Origin: Chrysomallon squamiferum
Taxonomy: Eukaryota > Animalia > Mollusca
DNA length: 64,000 nt
Assembly: GCA_012295275.1 (NCBI GenBank)
Contig: CM022675.1
Coordinates: forward strand, 12,400,001 to 12,464,000
Direction of reading: 5' to 3'
The notes under the pieces are model-generated. The model had not been told where the DNA came from. It ran no database searches and saw nothing but the letters and a program-made list of their open reading frames with translations. The position numbers and the translations under genes were made by a program. Positions 39,055-53,593 of this stretch are shown one piece after another; position 1 is the stretch's first letter, and each line of letters begins with the position of its first letter.

Positions 39055-40307
39055 CATTGTCAGTACTCAAACACAGACTTTTTAATTACATCATTACATC
39101 ACTGTACATTATATTACTGAAGTACTAGTACAACATTGTCAGTACTCAAACACAGACTTTTTAATTACATCATTACATCACTGTACATTATATTACTGAA
39201 GTACTAGTACAACATTGCTAGTACTCAAACACAGACTTTTTAATTACATCATTACATCACTGTACATTATATTACTGAAGTACTAGTACAACATTGTCAG
39301 TACTCAAACACAGACTTTTTAATTACATCATTACATCACTGTACATTATATTACTGAAGTACTAGTACAACATTGTCAGTACTCAAGATAAACAGACTTT
39401 TTAATTACATCATTACATCACTGTACATTATATTACTGAAGTACTAGTACAACATTGTCAGTACTCAAACACAGACTTTTTAATTACATCATTACATCAC
39501 TGTACATTGTATTACTGAAATACTAGTACAACATTGTCAGGACTCAAACAAAGACTTTTTAATTACATCATTACATCACTGTACATTGTATTACTGAAGT
39601 ACTAGTACAACATTGTCAGGACTCAAACAAAGACTTTTTAATTACATCATTACATCACTGTACATTGTATTACTGAAATACTAGTACAACATTGTCAGGA
39701 CTCAAACAAAGACTTTTTAATTACATCATTACATCACTGTACATTATATTACTGAAGTACTAGTACAACATTGTCAGTACTCAAGATAAACAGACTTTTT
39801 AATTACATCTTTACATCACTGTACATTATATTACTGAAGTACTAGTACAACATTGTCAGTACTCAAGATAAACAGACTTTTTAATTACATCATTACATCA
39901 CTGTACATTGTATTACTGAAGTACTAGTACAACATTGTCAGTACTCAAGATAAACAGACTTTTTAATTACATCATTACATCACTGTACATTATATTACTG
40001 AAGTACTAGTACAACATTGTCAGGACTGAAGATAAACAGACTTTTTAATTACATCATTACATCACTGTACATTATATTACTGAAGTACTAGTACAACATT
40101 GTCAGGACTCAAGATAAACAGACTTTTTAATTACATCATTACATCACTGTACATTATATTACTGAAGTACTAGTACAACATTGTCAGGACTCAAGATAAA
40201 CAGACTTTTTAATTACATCATTACATCACTGTACATTATATTACTGAAGTACTAGTACAACATTGTCAGGACTCAAGATAAACACAGACTTTTTAATTAC
40301 ATCTTTA
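39055..40307. repeat. 79-81-bp minisatellite, ~15-16 copies
   Basis: Unit ACATTGTCAGTACTCAAACACAGACTTTTTAATTACATCATTACATCACTGTACATTATATTACTGAAGTACTAGTACA; period of 79 between 39055 and 39134; a TCAAGATAAACAG variant dominates the 3' half. Confidence 0.97.
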
Positions 40308-41922
40308 CACTTCCTGCCAATTTCTCTCAAGTTTTAATTTAATCTATTTATAACTTGAAAAGCGGGGGAAACTGAAAAGAAGTTTACAAAAAACATATCA
40401 GATTTGTTTTAATTTGTGTAAGAGTAAGCTGTAAGTGAAATACTCAGAAATCACTTAGTAAGTGTAAGGTTTCTGGATCAGTTCCACGTTAGTGCACTTT
40501 TTAACCTTAACTCCATTCCAGCAAAATGAAAATACCTGTGTATGTTTTAATGATTCTGTAGCTGTAACTGATATTTTCGTTTTAACAAATAAAACAATAC
40601 ATGAGCTTGCTGATTTTTTGTCTATATTTGGAACGGGGTAAAAAAACTGAACTAACCTAACTATATAGCAGAACCAACTCTTTGAAGAGCTAGCTAATGT
40701 TTGGAACAGGATTAATTAGGTTATTAATTGTTGAGTAAAGTTTGGAGTTTGAAAAACTGTCTTAAATTCACTGTTCAGCAAAACGCATTAATTAGCGTAA
40801 TAATTAATGGGTAATGTTTGGAATGGGATAAGCTGTATGACTTCTTCATTGCAGACAGTACTAATATATAATTTGTCAGAAGAAATTTATTTTTGTATTT
40901 TTTGAATTCCACCCTGCTTTGATGTTCGTTTCTTCTATTAAGTTATGAGTCTACAAGCAGAGATGTTAATGATGACGAAGTGACAGGAATCGGCAACTTG
41001 AACTCGTCCAGCTGTCTGTGATTATGTGTGTCTGTGTGTCTGATGTTTTTATGATTGTCTTGTCTCTTCGCATCAGTGAAACGCTGCACACGACTGTGAT
41101 GTGGATTGCAGGAAATATTTACACGCTTCTTACAAATCTTTTTTTTATCACAATTCTTTCTCCTTTTTTTCTTTTTTTCTTTCTTTATTCTGTTTGTGTT
41201 TGATTTTGTGTGCGTTTTGTTGTTGTTTGTTTGTTTTGTGGGGGATTCTGGGATACATTTCCAAACTGTGTGTTGCTCATCCTTTTGGAAATAACCAGAA
41301 ATATATTTTGCTGTAATTATTTTATTTTTTAATTAATCATTTTTCCAATTCTTATAAATAAATTAAAAATAAATTTTATGGTTTTTATTTTCATTTTGAA
41401 CTGCAATTAATAAATGAAAGCAATAATACTTTTTTCTTTTTTCTCATTTTAAATTTAGTTTTTTTTTTTGTTTTTGTCATAATGAACAAGTACAAACTTG
41501 TGTGACTTACAAAGAATATCCATCATATTTTTATTTTCTTATCGAACTTTCCTCATTATGTGAAAACCAGAAACAAAATTTTCTTTCTTCGTCTTGGTTC
41601 TTCACATACAGATTTTATAATTCCTTATCTGTTGTTTTTTTCTGTTTGTTTTCCTTGCAAACAAGAAGTACAAAATGCAATATTATATTAATAAGCAGAA
41701 AAAGATTACACATTTTATAGACAAAACCAGATTGTTAATTTCTTCTTTGTCTTTGACCATGCAGTTCAACTTGTATGGGAAACACAGTCTTTGTGTCATT
41801 TTGATTCTTCTTGTTATTATCATTATTATTATTATTATCATTATTATTGTTGTTATTGTTATTATTTTTATTATTGTTTTTGTCATTGTTGTTATTACTA
41901 TTACTGTTATTATTATTATTAC

Positions 41923-41961
<39 letters not shown>

Positions 41962-42756
41962 TATTACTACAGTATCAATAGTAGTAGCAGCATGAGTAGC
42001 AGCAGCAGTAGTAGTAGCAGTAATAGTAGTAGTAGTAGCAGTAGGAGTAGCTCTAGTAGCAGTTGTGATACTGTAATTATTTTATCATCATCATCATCAT
42101 TATTAATATAAATTATTTATTTTAGGCTTCTTTTCTTTCTATTTCTGTGTGATGCTGACAAAGCAGTTTTTTGAGAAGAAGAATAACTTGAAGCCTGTGT
42201 TGTTTACATTTCATTTGTCAGAACTCCTCATACAGTTTGTGTGGCTTCTTGTCTCTTATTTTTTGTTGTTCTTGTATCTTGTTTTTTCTGTGTGCTATAT
42301 GTGTTTTTTCTTTGTGCTATATGTGTTTTTTCTATGTGCTATATGTGTTTTTTCTTTGTGCTATATATGTTTTTATATTGGATTTTATACAGTGCTGTTT
42401 TTGATCTTTTTGTTTCATTTCTTTTCTTTTTTCTAATAACAAAAGTTAATTTTATCCTGTTCTGAATTTCAGACATCTGAAGACAGTTTTAAATTGTCAT
42501 TATCCAAATTTTTTATTTTTTATTTTAATTTTTTAACAGACAGGAATAATCAGTTACATAGATATATCAGCAAGTTTTGTAAGAAATGTTGTTTGTTTCT
42601 TACAGAGGAAACAAGAAATGATTGTACATGAAGATTCTTTTTTTCAACATGTACAAGTTTTTATAGTTTCTGCTCAACCATTTTCCTGTTCTTGTTTTCC
42701 TTTATTTTATTTTATTTTATTTTATTTTATTTTATTTTATTTTATTTTATTTTATT

Positions 42757-42799
<43 letters not shown>

Positions 42800-43620
42800 C
42801 TTATTTATTTTATTTTATTTTATTTATTTATTTATATATTTATCTATTTTATTTATTTTGTTATGTTTTTATTATTTATCTATTAATTATTGTCATTTAT
42901 TTATTTATTTATTTATTTTGTAAAAGTTGTATGTTGTACATAAGAGTTAAATGGGGTTTTTTCTTCAGTTTATGGAAAAGATTTAAATAAAACTTCTTTT
43001 CATATCTGTTTATCAGAGGTATACAAATTTCTGGTACCTTTTCTAATTATTAATTTTTTCTGCTCTACCATTTTATGTCTTATTCTCATCACATAGTAAT
43101 TATTTTTTGCAATTCTTTGAAGATTGCAAGATTTCTTTAAGACAGTGTTATTTCCTGTTAGTTATTTTTTCGTCTACCATATTTGAAAACAGTTTTGTAT
43201 CAAATACAATCACAATTATTGTACATAAAGAGAAGGCATTTTAATATTTATAAATGCAGCAAAAGTCCATGAGTACTCAGTTTTTACTGTTTCATTTGTA
43301 CAAATTTCTACAATCAAAACAACCATCTTTTTTTATTTTTCGTGGGTTTTTTTTTTGCGTTATCTGTAGAAATGTACTAAAATGTGAACTTACTAACTGT
43401 AAAATGTGGTAGTAGTTTTTCTGTTTCACAGAACTGCCTCAAGCTAAATTCCTTCATGCCATATTCTTACTCCTCTGGTAATGTTTGTTTTGGTTTTTTT
43501 AGCTTCTTAACTAATTCAATTTATTTATTGTGTTTTTGCTGAATTACTGGAAAAAAGCCAGCACATACACAAGTGTGTTAAACCTTAATTATTTGTCTGG
43601 TACAAGTCTGAGAGTGTTAA

Positions 43621-43668
<48 letters not shown>

Positions 43669-44568
43669 TGTGTCTGTGTGTGTGTGTGTGTCTGTGTGTG
43701 TCTGTGTGTATGTGTGTGTGTTTCTAAAAGTGCATGCAGTGTGTCTGTTTTTGTGTGTGTACATGAGTGTATGTCTATGTAAATGTGAATATCTAATCTA
43801 TTTTATGACTGTGTGATTAAATGTAAGTGCATGTTAGACTTGTGTGTGTGTGTGTGTATGTGTCTGTGTGTGTATGTGTGTCTGTGTGTGTTGTTATCAT
43901 GATGTATGCAAATGAATGCATGCATGATTGTGTTAGAGACCAAAAACAGTTAGGGGTGACATATAATTCATAATCTGTATTATTAATACAAAAATTTAAA
44001 CTATTTTAGCTTAATCAGAACAGTTACATTTGAATGACTCTGTAAAACTATGTAGATATCAGATAGCTAAGATAGCTGTACAGAGTAATACAATACAAAT
44101 GTGTATTTAATACTGTAACCAAACACTGCTTGTTTTCATTGTGTTCATCATGCAGGATGTATTTCTTTCTTTGTCTTCATGCTTCCTGGTTTCTTTTCTC
44201 TTCTTACTGGTGACTTCTCAACTTCCTGGTGACGTTTGCACTTCTTGGTTACTTTTCCTTTTTTGTGTAATCTTAGCATTTTTTATCAGTGACTTCTGTT
44301 TTTTTGTTGTTGTTTTTTTCAAATGTATAAATATAAATTTTGATTTATTAAGATATGATGATGTTGCCATTTTGAAAAAATTAAATATATATAATAAAAA
44401 TTAAATGAATGAAATTTTATTAAATATCTCTTTAAAATATTTTAATATAAAGAAAAATGTAAATAATAATATGAAAATTAAGAAACAAAAACATTTATGT
44501 AATTGGCTTTTTTCTTCCTTGCAGCTGTACATTTGTAATAAATAAATCTTTTACTTAGCTGATGGCAT

Positions 44569-44623
<55 letters not shown>

Positions 44624-47279
44624 GGGTGTGTGTGTCTTAAGTCTAATTCATGTTCTAGTTTAACAAAGGTTATGGTATGTATTATCCTGTCAGTTATATA
44701 AATTTGCTGAAGGATAAAAACAAATCATTGACTGATGTGAGTATTGCTATAATGAATGAGACACAAACTTGTCACTTTAATGACAGTTAATATTAAAATA
44801 AGTTGAGGTATTGTTAAACAAATATTTACTATCAACCTATTGAACGACCACTTTAAATTTTACATTAAATTTAGTCTGAAATGATCTCCCCACCCCACAC
44901 CTCCCACTGAGAAAACTGCATTATCAGTTACCACATTAGTGAGATACCACACCCCAACCCACTGATCAACAAGATTAGTTTTCACATTTGTACCTCTCCA
45001 CTCCATTAAACAACTTGATGAGTTTTTTATATTTCTTTTCTTTTTTCTTTTCTTTCTTTTTCTTTCTTTTTTTTTCTCTTCTTACTTTTTTTTTGTATTT
45101 TTTTTTTTTTTTTGTCAGTTCACTGGGTCATCATCTCAGATTATTAAGAGAATGTTTTACTTGTTTGTTCAGTCTTGTTCTGACAGACATTCTTGGCAGG
45201 TACAGATGTGTGTACAGATTTTTTTACACTGTTTCATGTTAATAATTATTTATCTCTCTCACTTCATCCACTTTTTCTTTCCAGTATAAACTAATTTATT
45301 TTTACATCTACTTGGCTGTTGTAGTGCAGGCACAACTACTTCTACTTCAGCTACTGCAGACACAACAACAACAACAACTACTACTACTACTGCAACTATT
45401 ACTACTTCTATTACTTCTTTGTTACTACAACAACTTCATTATTAATATGAATGTTTGCTAATATTACTTGTTTTATTACTGCTATTAAAACTGAGAAAAC
45501 TTTGTCCAGAATGCTTAGAACTGAAAGTATTTCAAATCTTTGACTATAAGGAAAGGGATCTAAGCCTAAATATGAATTCCATTTATAGTTCATATGTATT
45601 TTCATTTTTATTTCATAACAGTCTGCAAGTTTTTTTTTTAAATATAATATTTTTTATAATTCTGTGCATAAAATAAAGTTGTGTATGCAAAACAATGAGA
45701 AAACTTTAACTGTTTCTGCTGCTGAGACATTTTTCAGATTCTGGAATTTCTGATAACACATCCACTGCCTTCTCTACAACTAATACTAATATTACTACTG
45801 CTGCTGTTGCTATAATTACCATGGCAACAACTGTTACTGCTACTAACACTATTGCTTCTGTCACTGCTTCAGTTTACTACATTAATTTAAACAATCAAAT
45901 GATTCGGAAAAACTGCAACTTTCATATTTGTATGTTATTATATTCAATAAATATTTGGAAAAACTTTATTATTAGCAAAGGAGATGATCCTAGTCACTAG
46001 TTATATCAATACATTTAAAATATGTTTGCCTTTAATATTAACACTACAAGAAATAACAGATGAAGTCAGGCATGTTTTCAGTGCACAAAGGTGAAGAAAA
46101 AAAAATAGTTGCTTTGATTTGAAACATGTAAAATCCATCAACAACAACAACAAATCAATCTGTTTTTCTTGGTTTACTCAAATTTATTTTGTTTATTTTC
46201 TGACAGATTTATTTACTTAGTGATGAAAAATAATGAATAGCGATGTAACACATCAACAGATTTTATTATTAAAGGCTTTTAACTGACACTCATTTTTTTA
46301 TCTTCTTTCATTTCTATATTTTTTCTTTTTTTTTTTCCTTTATTTCATTTTTTTTTTTTCTTTTTCTTTCTTTCTTATAATTGTATGAAAAATGAAATCC
46401 AGTGTTCTATGAAGTGTTATTGTCAGAAGCAAAATGTTTTCTGGGAATACACCATTCCATAAACTGTGAAACTGAAACCACAGACTTTAATAAAATGGGA
46501 TACAACCATACATTGAAAGTAACAGGTAAAAACAGAACCTGGAATAAAAAAAAATTAAGAAAAAAAAAAAAATTAAATTGGAAATGTTTAAGAGTCAAAA
46601 ACAACTTCATCCAAAATATTAATTTTTAAATCAATAAAATTTGAATAAAACTTTTTGTTTTTCCTTGACAATTAAATTATTAGTAATTGTTAATTATTAT
46701 ATTTGTATAAAAATATTAAATATTGATACTGATAAGTTATGAGTTTTTTTAAGTACTAAATAAAATTGTCTTTTCATAAGAATCTATACACAATATTTTA
46801 ATATAATATATCATGTTTTAAATCAAATAAATATATAATCTAAAAAGTTATAAATATTTAAAAGATTCACTTTATTAAATTTAAACTTTTTAATTTTTTA
46901 TTTAAACATCATTATAAATTGTTTTATATAAGGAAAACTTATAAAATAATATTTAACAAATATGCCTTTTTTTTAAATGTGAGCAAATTTTTCTCAAATG
47001 TGATTTTAACCATTTTATTATTATTTTTTCTTTTAAATTAGAAATTTTAGATATTGAACACGTATAAAACTGACATTTAACAGAACTTTGAAGTTTTTAT
47101 TAAACTGCAAACATTTTATATTAAACAGTGATATTTACAAACTACAGTTATTATTTTTAAATATGACATCATTTAAAATTAATATATTTTATGTTATATG
47201 TAAACATTTTATCCTGAACATTACAGAATACATAATTATATAAATCAAAACTAATCCTTTGCCAAACAAAAATACAGAT

Positions 47280-47280
<1 letters not shown>

Positions 47281-47322
<42 letters not shown>

Positions 47323-47417
47323 TATATAACAACTATCAGTTTACTATGTTTGGTTTGATGTTTTAGCAAGTGAAACTGATTTAGACAAGAAAGTACAACT
47401 CACCTGTTTCACAGATG

Positions 47418-47511
<94 letters not shown>

Positions 47512-47581
47512 TATATAACAACTATCAGTTTACTATGTTGGGTTTGATGTTTTTGATTGTTTCACAGATGAACACACACAC

Positions 47582-47632
<51 letters not shown>

Positions 47633-47710
47633 ACACACACACACACACACACATACACACACACACACACACAGAAAGTACAACTCACCTGTTTCACAGT
47701 TGAACACACA
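47281..47710. repeat. Duplicated unique segments interleaved with (CA)n tracts
   Basis: CAGATATATAACAACTATCAGTTTACTATGTT occurs twice and AGAAAGTACAACTCACCTGTTTCACAG occurs twice. Confidence 0.88.
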
Positions 47711-47778
47711 CGTGCCTGGAGGGATGAATAAATAGTGTAATGAACCACAAAGGGTGTGTACAAAATGTGTGTGTGTGT

Positions 47779-47869
<91 letters not shown>

Positions 47870-49529
47870 TAGAGTGAGAGTGTGTGTGTGAGTGAGTGAG
47901 TGAGAGATACACACACACACACCTCACACGCACATATATATTTTTGATCTTTTTATTTTTTTTTTTTATTTTTTTTATAACTTTATTGTCCAGTGCTGTA
48001 TTTACTTCAACACAAAATAACTTAGAGTTTATGTTTTAGTTTGCAAGGGTCCAGTGTAAGAGTCTCCCTTGCCTTGGGCCAGTTTTCAGATGTGTATCTC
48101 AGGCTCCTCTCATAAGCTGCTGTAGATCTTCATATATTTTATTGTCCATTTTAAGTCTTAAAAAGCCATTGATAACCTGGATGTTTTCATCTTCCTTCAT
48201 GTGAATAATAAGTTTATTATCACAGTAAAGAAAATGTCTGCGCCCAAGGCAGTCTTAAAGTGCCCCTTTCGTTGATTGGTTGATTGGCTGTGTCAAAGGT
48301 CAATGTACTTTCTGTTTTTGTGTGTGTGTGTGTGTGTGTGTTTTTAGATTTCTTTTTGTTTAAATGTCAGTGTTGAGTAATAATTATATTGTAAATGGAA
48401 AATACAATTAAGAAAAAAATTAATTTTCCCCCGATACATCAGGTATTTTCTTTTCTTTTTATTGTACACTTCACAAGTCTTAGGTAATCTTGTTCACTCA
48501 TGGATAAACACTGTTAAATGTGTGGTCCAGTGGTTAGAGACTCGGAGAATGTTTTGAAAATGTTTTTTTCAGTTAATGACACAAACAACATAACATTCAA
48601 CTCTGTCTCTCTCCACTTCTGTTTCTCTTTTTCTGCCTGCCCCTGTCTCTATTATTTCTCTTCCTTCTTTCTCTCACTCTCAGTATCTATTTCTTTCTTT
48701 GTCTCTTCTTTCTCTTTCTCTCTTCTTTCTCTTTCTCTCTGTCCCTTCCTCCCCCCCCTCTCTCTGTCCCTCCCTCCCTTTCTCTCTGTCCCTCCCTCCC
48801 TCTCCCCCCTCTCTCTCATATACTGATATTTTACAACTACCCTAAAGGCAGACACTGTTTTTATTAACAGCAAACTTTATTAGATTGTGAGTAATTGTGA
48901 ATCACTACAAGAACATTGCTAAGAAAATCCAATAAATCCAATAAAATCTTCTAAAGTCTGCTTTTAAAAATATTTCTTAATTTTCTATCTTCAGGTAGAA
49001 AAGACAGAAAAGATCTCTTCTCAGTTTATTAAGTTAATAATATTTTTTAAATACTTTCCATTTTTAAAAATTTCTTTATCTAAATTATATTTATGGTCTG
49101 ATATAGTTTCATTTGCCCATAGGATTCATAATGCATTTCTTCAAATAGTTATTTTATCTTGATATAAAATCTTTACTAATAATAAAGTTTTACAGTAGCA
49201 GAGTTAGTGTTAGAGGTGTCAGTCATTTTTCATTATTTTTCTGATATCACTATTGCAGATATTCTTTATTGAGAAAAAAAATAAAAATTATATTTATCTT
49301 TTAATCTCTTTCAGAATATTTCATTTATAAAAAAAAAAAAAAAATAAAATAATAATAATAATAAAAAAATACCTTCTCCAACCAAAAACAAGAAATTTTA
49401 TTTTAAAAAAAAGAATATTACATTCTCCAATCAATTACAATTAAATTTCCATTTCACATTTAAAAATAAAAAAAATAAAAAAAAAAAATTTACAAAAAAA
49501 CTTAAAAAGACAATTATTGTAAAAGTAAA

Positions 49530-49870
49530 ACGTTGTCAGACGCCATTTTCTTGTCATGGATTTCTGCTGACGTGAACGGCCACTTCATGAGAGTGATGAC
49601 TACCTCGATGAGAAAAGAGAGAAAACTGCTCTGAGACACAACGCCAGCTCTCAGCTTTGTGGCAGTGGTTTTATTCTCACCTAATTGATTTGCTGGCCAG
49701 TGCAGGATGTGTTGTTTCCTCTCTGTAAGCTGCTGAAAGCCGACGCGCATGCAGTGATGCTGTTGTCACAGATAAACTCTTAATGAGACAGGTTGCAGTC
49801 GTTGTCACGAGTGATAGGTTGCGAGATCAATGCTCGTCAGTGTCATGTGGCTGATTAGTTGGATGATAAC
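49530..49870. promoter_or_regulatory. CpG-retaining island with YY1 (CGCCATTTT), TGACGTG and NRF1-like (GCGCATGC) motifs
   Basis: Dense CpGs in a depleted background; motif matches only. Confidence 0.45.
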
Positions 49871-50328
49871 GATGTAATTGTCACTTTTAATGATGTCGTT
49901 GACATTCTCTTGTTGCAGTGGTAGATGTAAATGTAGTAGTAGTTGTCGTAGCAGTAACAGTAGCAGTAGTCATAATAGTAGTAGCAGTAGTAATAGTAAT
50001 AACAATAATTTTAATAGTAATAATAATATAATTTAAAATCAAATATCTAAAATAAGGTTTATTTAAGAAATAAGACATTTCTGTATTTTTATTATTTATT
50101 TATACAACCACTGAACTGGGAAGGGCAGTGTTTAAGGATGTAATGTTCTATTCTGCAGTTATTTACAATGAACTGCTGTTTTCTGTGTTTGTGATATTAG
50201 TAATGTAGGACAGCTTATCAAAAGAAAAGTTTCCTGACCCTAAGACAACAATTGTAAGTTGAAATGACCCACCCCATTTTGTCAGAACTGGAAATAAGAA
50301 AGTGTGAGAGATCTCACATATGTCTGTG

Positions 50329-50783
50329 AAAGGTGATTCCAGTGACTCTGTTGTTTTAAAAACTGAAGTTATTCTATTGATCTCACATATATATCAGATA
50401 GGTGATTCCAGTGACTCTGTTGTTTTAAAAACTGAAGTTATTCTATTGATCTCACATATGTCTGATAGGTTATTTCAGTGACTCTGTTTTTTAAAAACTG
50501 TCTGAAATTATCCTATTGATCTCACATATGTCTGAGATATGTTATTTCAGTGACTCTGTTGTTTTAAAAACTGTATTTCAGTGACTCTGTTGTTTTTGTT
50601 TCTAAAACTGTTTAAAAACTGTCTGAAATTATTCTATTGATCTCACATATATATCAGATAGGTGATTTCAGTGACTCTGTTGTTTTAAAAACTGTCTGAA
50701 ATTATCCTATTGATCTCACATATGTCTGATAGGTTATTTCAGTGACTCTGTTGTTTTAAAAATGTCTGAAATTATTCTGTTGA
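50329..50783. repeat. Degenerate ~60-bp minisatellite (TATTGATCTCACATATGTCTGATAGGTGATTTCAGTGACTCTGTTGTTTTAAAAACTG...), ~7 copies
   Basis: Directly visible, with indels between copies. Confidence 0.92.
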
Positions 50784-51968
50784 CAACCAGTCTCTCCTGA
50801 ATTCTGAAAACTTTGTAAATATATAAAACCTTAATCTTCAGTTATTTAATTAAAACTGAAGAAATATTTTGTGTCTTAAAATACATATAATGGCAGCAGC
50901 AACAAAATAACAAAAATGATTAAAAACAAGTAAAAAACCGATTTTTAAAAAAATTGATTAAACCTGCGTTTATATTTAGACTTGAAAAGTTAATTACTTT
51001 TTACCTGGGAATAATAAATAGATTAAGCTGGAACATTTATTTCTGATGTGATTTTTACCTCTGTATATAGCCAGCATTCAAGCGGTAATATTATTTTTAT
51101 TTATGCCTCTTTGTTCTCATTTGCATTTTAATTCCACAGTCTGCCGGTTTTCCTGGAATTAACTGCAGTTCTAAATGTTAATGAATTTCTTACAAACATT
51201 GTTTTTCAGATTAATATGGAATTATGGGTAATCCCCACTCTGAGCTGAGAAATTCCGAGGTATTTAGACTGTTGAAGATAATAATTAAATATTGATCGCA
51301 TTCTGTGTGTAGCAGCAGCATGTAACAATGGTTTAATCATAAACTAAATTACTTCACCGTTCACTGTTTAATACAGCTGATATCCAATGAGCTGCTGGTT
51401 AAAATTTCATCTCTTCCCATTGTGTGGCTAGCAAATTTTTTTTTTTTTTTTTTCACTGAGATATTTTTAATCTTTGAATATTCACACGTATTTAGTATGA
51501 TTTATTGTCCCTTGCTTCTTTGTCTGGTTCACTTAAAGCTTGCTGTAAAATCTCAGTCCATCAGTCCATCAGTCCATCAGTCCATCAGTCAGTCCATCAG
51601 TCCATCAGTCAGTCCATCAGTCCATCAGTCAGTCCATCAGGCATTGGTCTGTAAGTCTGTAAGTCTGTAAGTCTGTGAGTTCACCTAGTTATGAAGGAAA
51701 ACTGCAGGATTAATGTTGATGATGGAACTGGTGGTAATTTTTAAATGAAAAGTGCAGTGTAGTTTTGTTAGACTCAGGACAGTACATACCAGAATGTTTA
51801 ACAAACTTACACAGAATCTGTTATTTTCATACATTTGTGTGCACTAAAATGTGTAAATGACTGTGTGGTGGCATGAATGACATGATACATGTATACGGAA
51901 TGTCTATTTATGTGTGCATGTCTGTGTGTATACAATACACACACATACAAACATGCACACACACACAT

Positions 51969-52025
<57 letters not shown>

Positions 52026-52515
52026 TATCCAAAGTCATCAATTGCCTGCTGTAAGCAGAATTCAATTTTAAATATTTTTTTTTGCTTTATAAACAGTGAC
52101 AAGGTTTATTAACAACTGGTCCTGGATCTGTTAACAGAGAAAATGGTGGTTAATAGAACATCAGTCTGTTTGCGGTCCTTCATTGATTTTCATGTGATTG
52201 ATTGTATTGACTTAGTGTCAGCCTTTCTCTGAAACAGAAATTACCAGCTAAATTATAACAAGAGAAAAAAAGAGTTTATCCTAAAACCCTAGTTGTACTG
52301 GTTATAAATAATAAAATATTTAGAAAAATTATCTCCCTTTATAGCTTTCCTGTTTCCTGAAATCTGTGTAAATCTTCAGGATTTTTAAAATTTCTTTTAT
52401 CTTGAAAAGGAAGGTTTTTTTAGTTTTTTTATTTGTTGTTATAGAGAAAAAAGTAACAAGAAAAAAGGTTAAAAAAAAAAAAAAATAAAAAAAAATAAAT
52501 AAATAAATAAAAAAA

Positions 52516-52564
<49 letters not shown>

Positions 52565-53479
52565 TATAAAAAAATATATATAAAAAAATAATAATAATAA
52601 ATTCTCTAATATGTAGTTCCTCTATGTAAGTTAGTATTTTGAGGGGGGGTGAATGGTAAAAAGTTAAAAAGTTAAAAAGAAAAACAAGGAAATAATTTTT
52701 CTGTTCTTTCTGTTTTATTGTAAATATTAACTGTCAGAATCTATAAAAACAGAGAAAATACATAAATAATGATGATGATAATATAACAACAACACCAACA
52801 ATCAATAACATCATTAATAATAATGACAACAACAACAATGATAACAATGATGACAACAGATACAAAACGACAATGTTCAGAACTACAGTTAACAACTGTT
52901 TTTATCAGTAAACGCTCAAGTCCTATAAAGCTTACAGATCCTTCGCATATTTAAGCAGCTGTCTTCTTTCAACTTAAACATTTATTACTTTCTGCAAATA
53001 CACAGGGAATCAGTTACATTATTCATGGACTTTCTGCTAAACAAAAACTCTAATTTGTTCTTTTAATTGGGCTGTCTGCAAAATGGATGCTTAACATGTC
53101 ACCATGGTGATGAAAATAACTAGTTTGTTTTTTTGTGTTTTTTTTCATAATAATTTTTGTTAATAAAACTATTAGATCTGTTTCATGTACTTCCATTTAT
53201 TAAAATGTACTTGTAATGGTAAAGAGATGAGGTACAGATTTTCCAAATGATTATTTTATTATTAACAACCATCTTTTACTACTAATAAAGTATGACAGTA
53301 ACATAACAAGAATAGTGCCATTGTCTCTCTCTCTCTCTATCTATCTCTTTGATTCTGTGCATCTATCTATCTATCTTTCTGTCTGTCTACACACACTTAT
53401 ACACAAATTCTATTTTTATCCTGCTCTCTCTCTCTCTCTCTTTCTCTCTCTAACTGGATCTCTCTCTCTCTACAAATTC

Positions 53480-53593
<114 letters not shown>

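Noticed and set aside
49556-49684. Selenoprotein or readthrough ORF MDFC-TGA-RERPLHESDDYLDEK...
   Set aside because: Very short, no recognisable family and no SECIS seen; the TGA is part of a TGACGTG motif.
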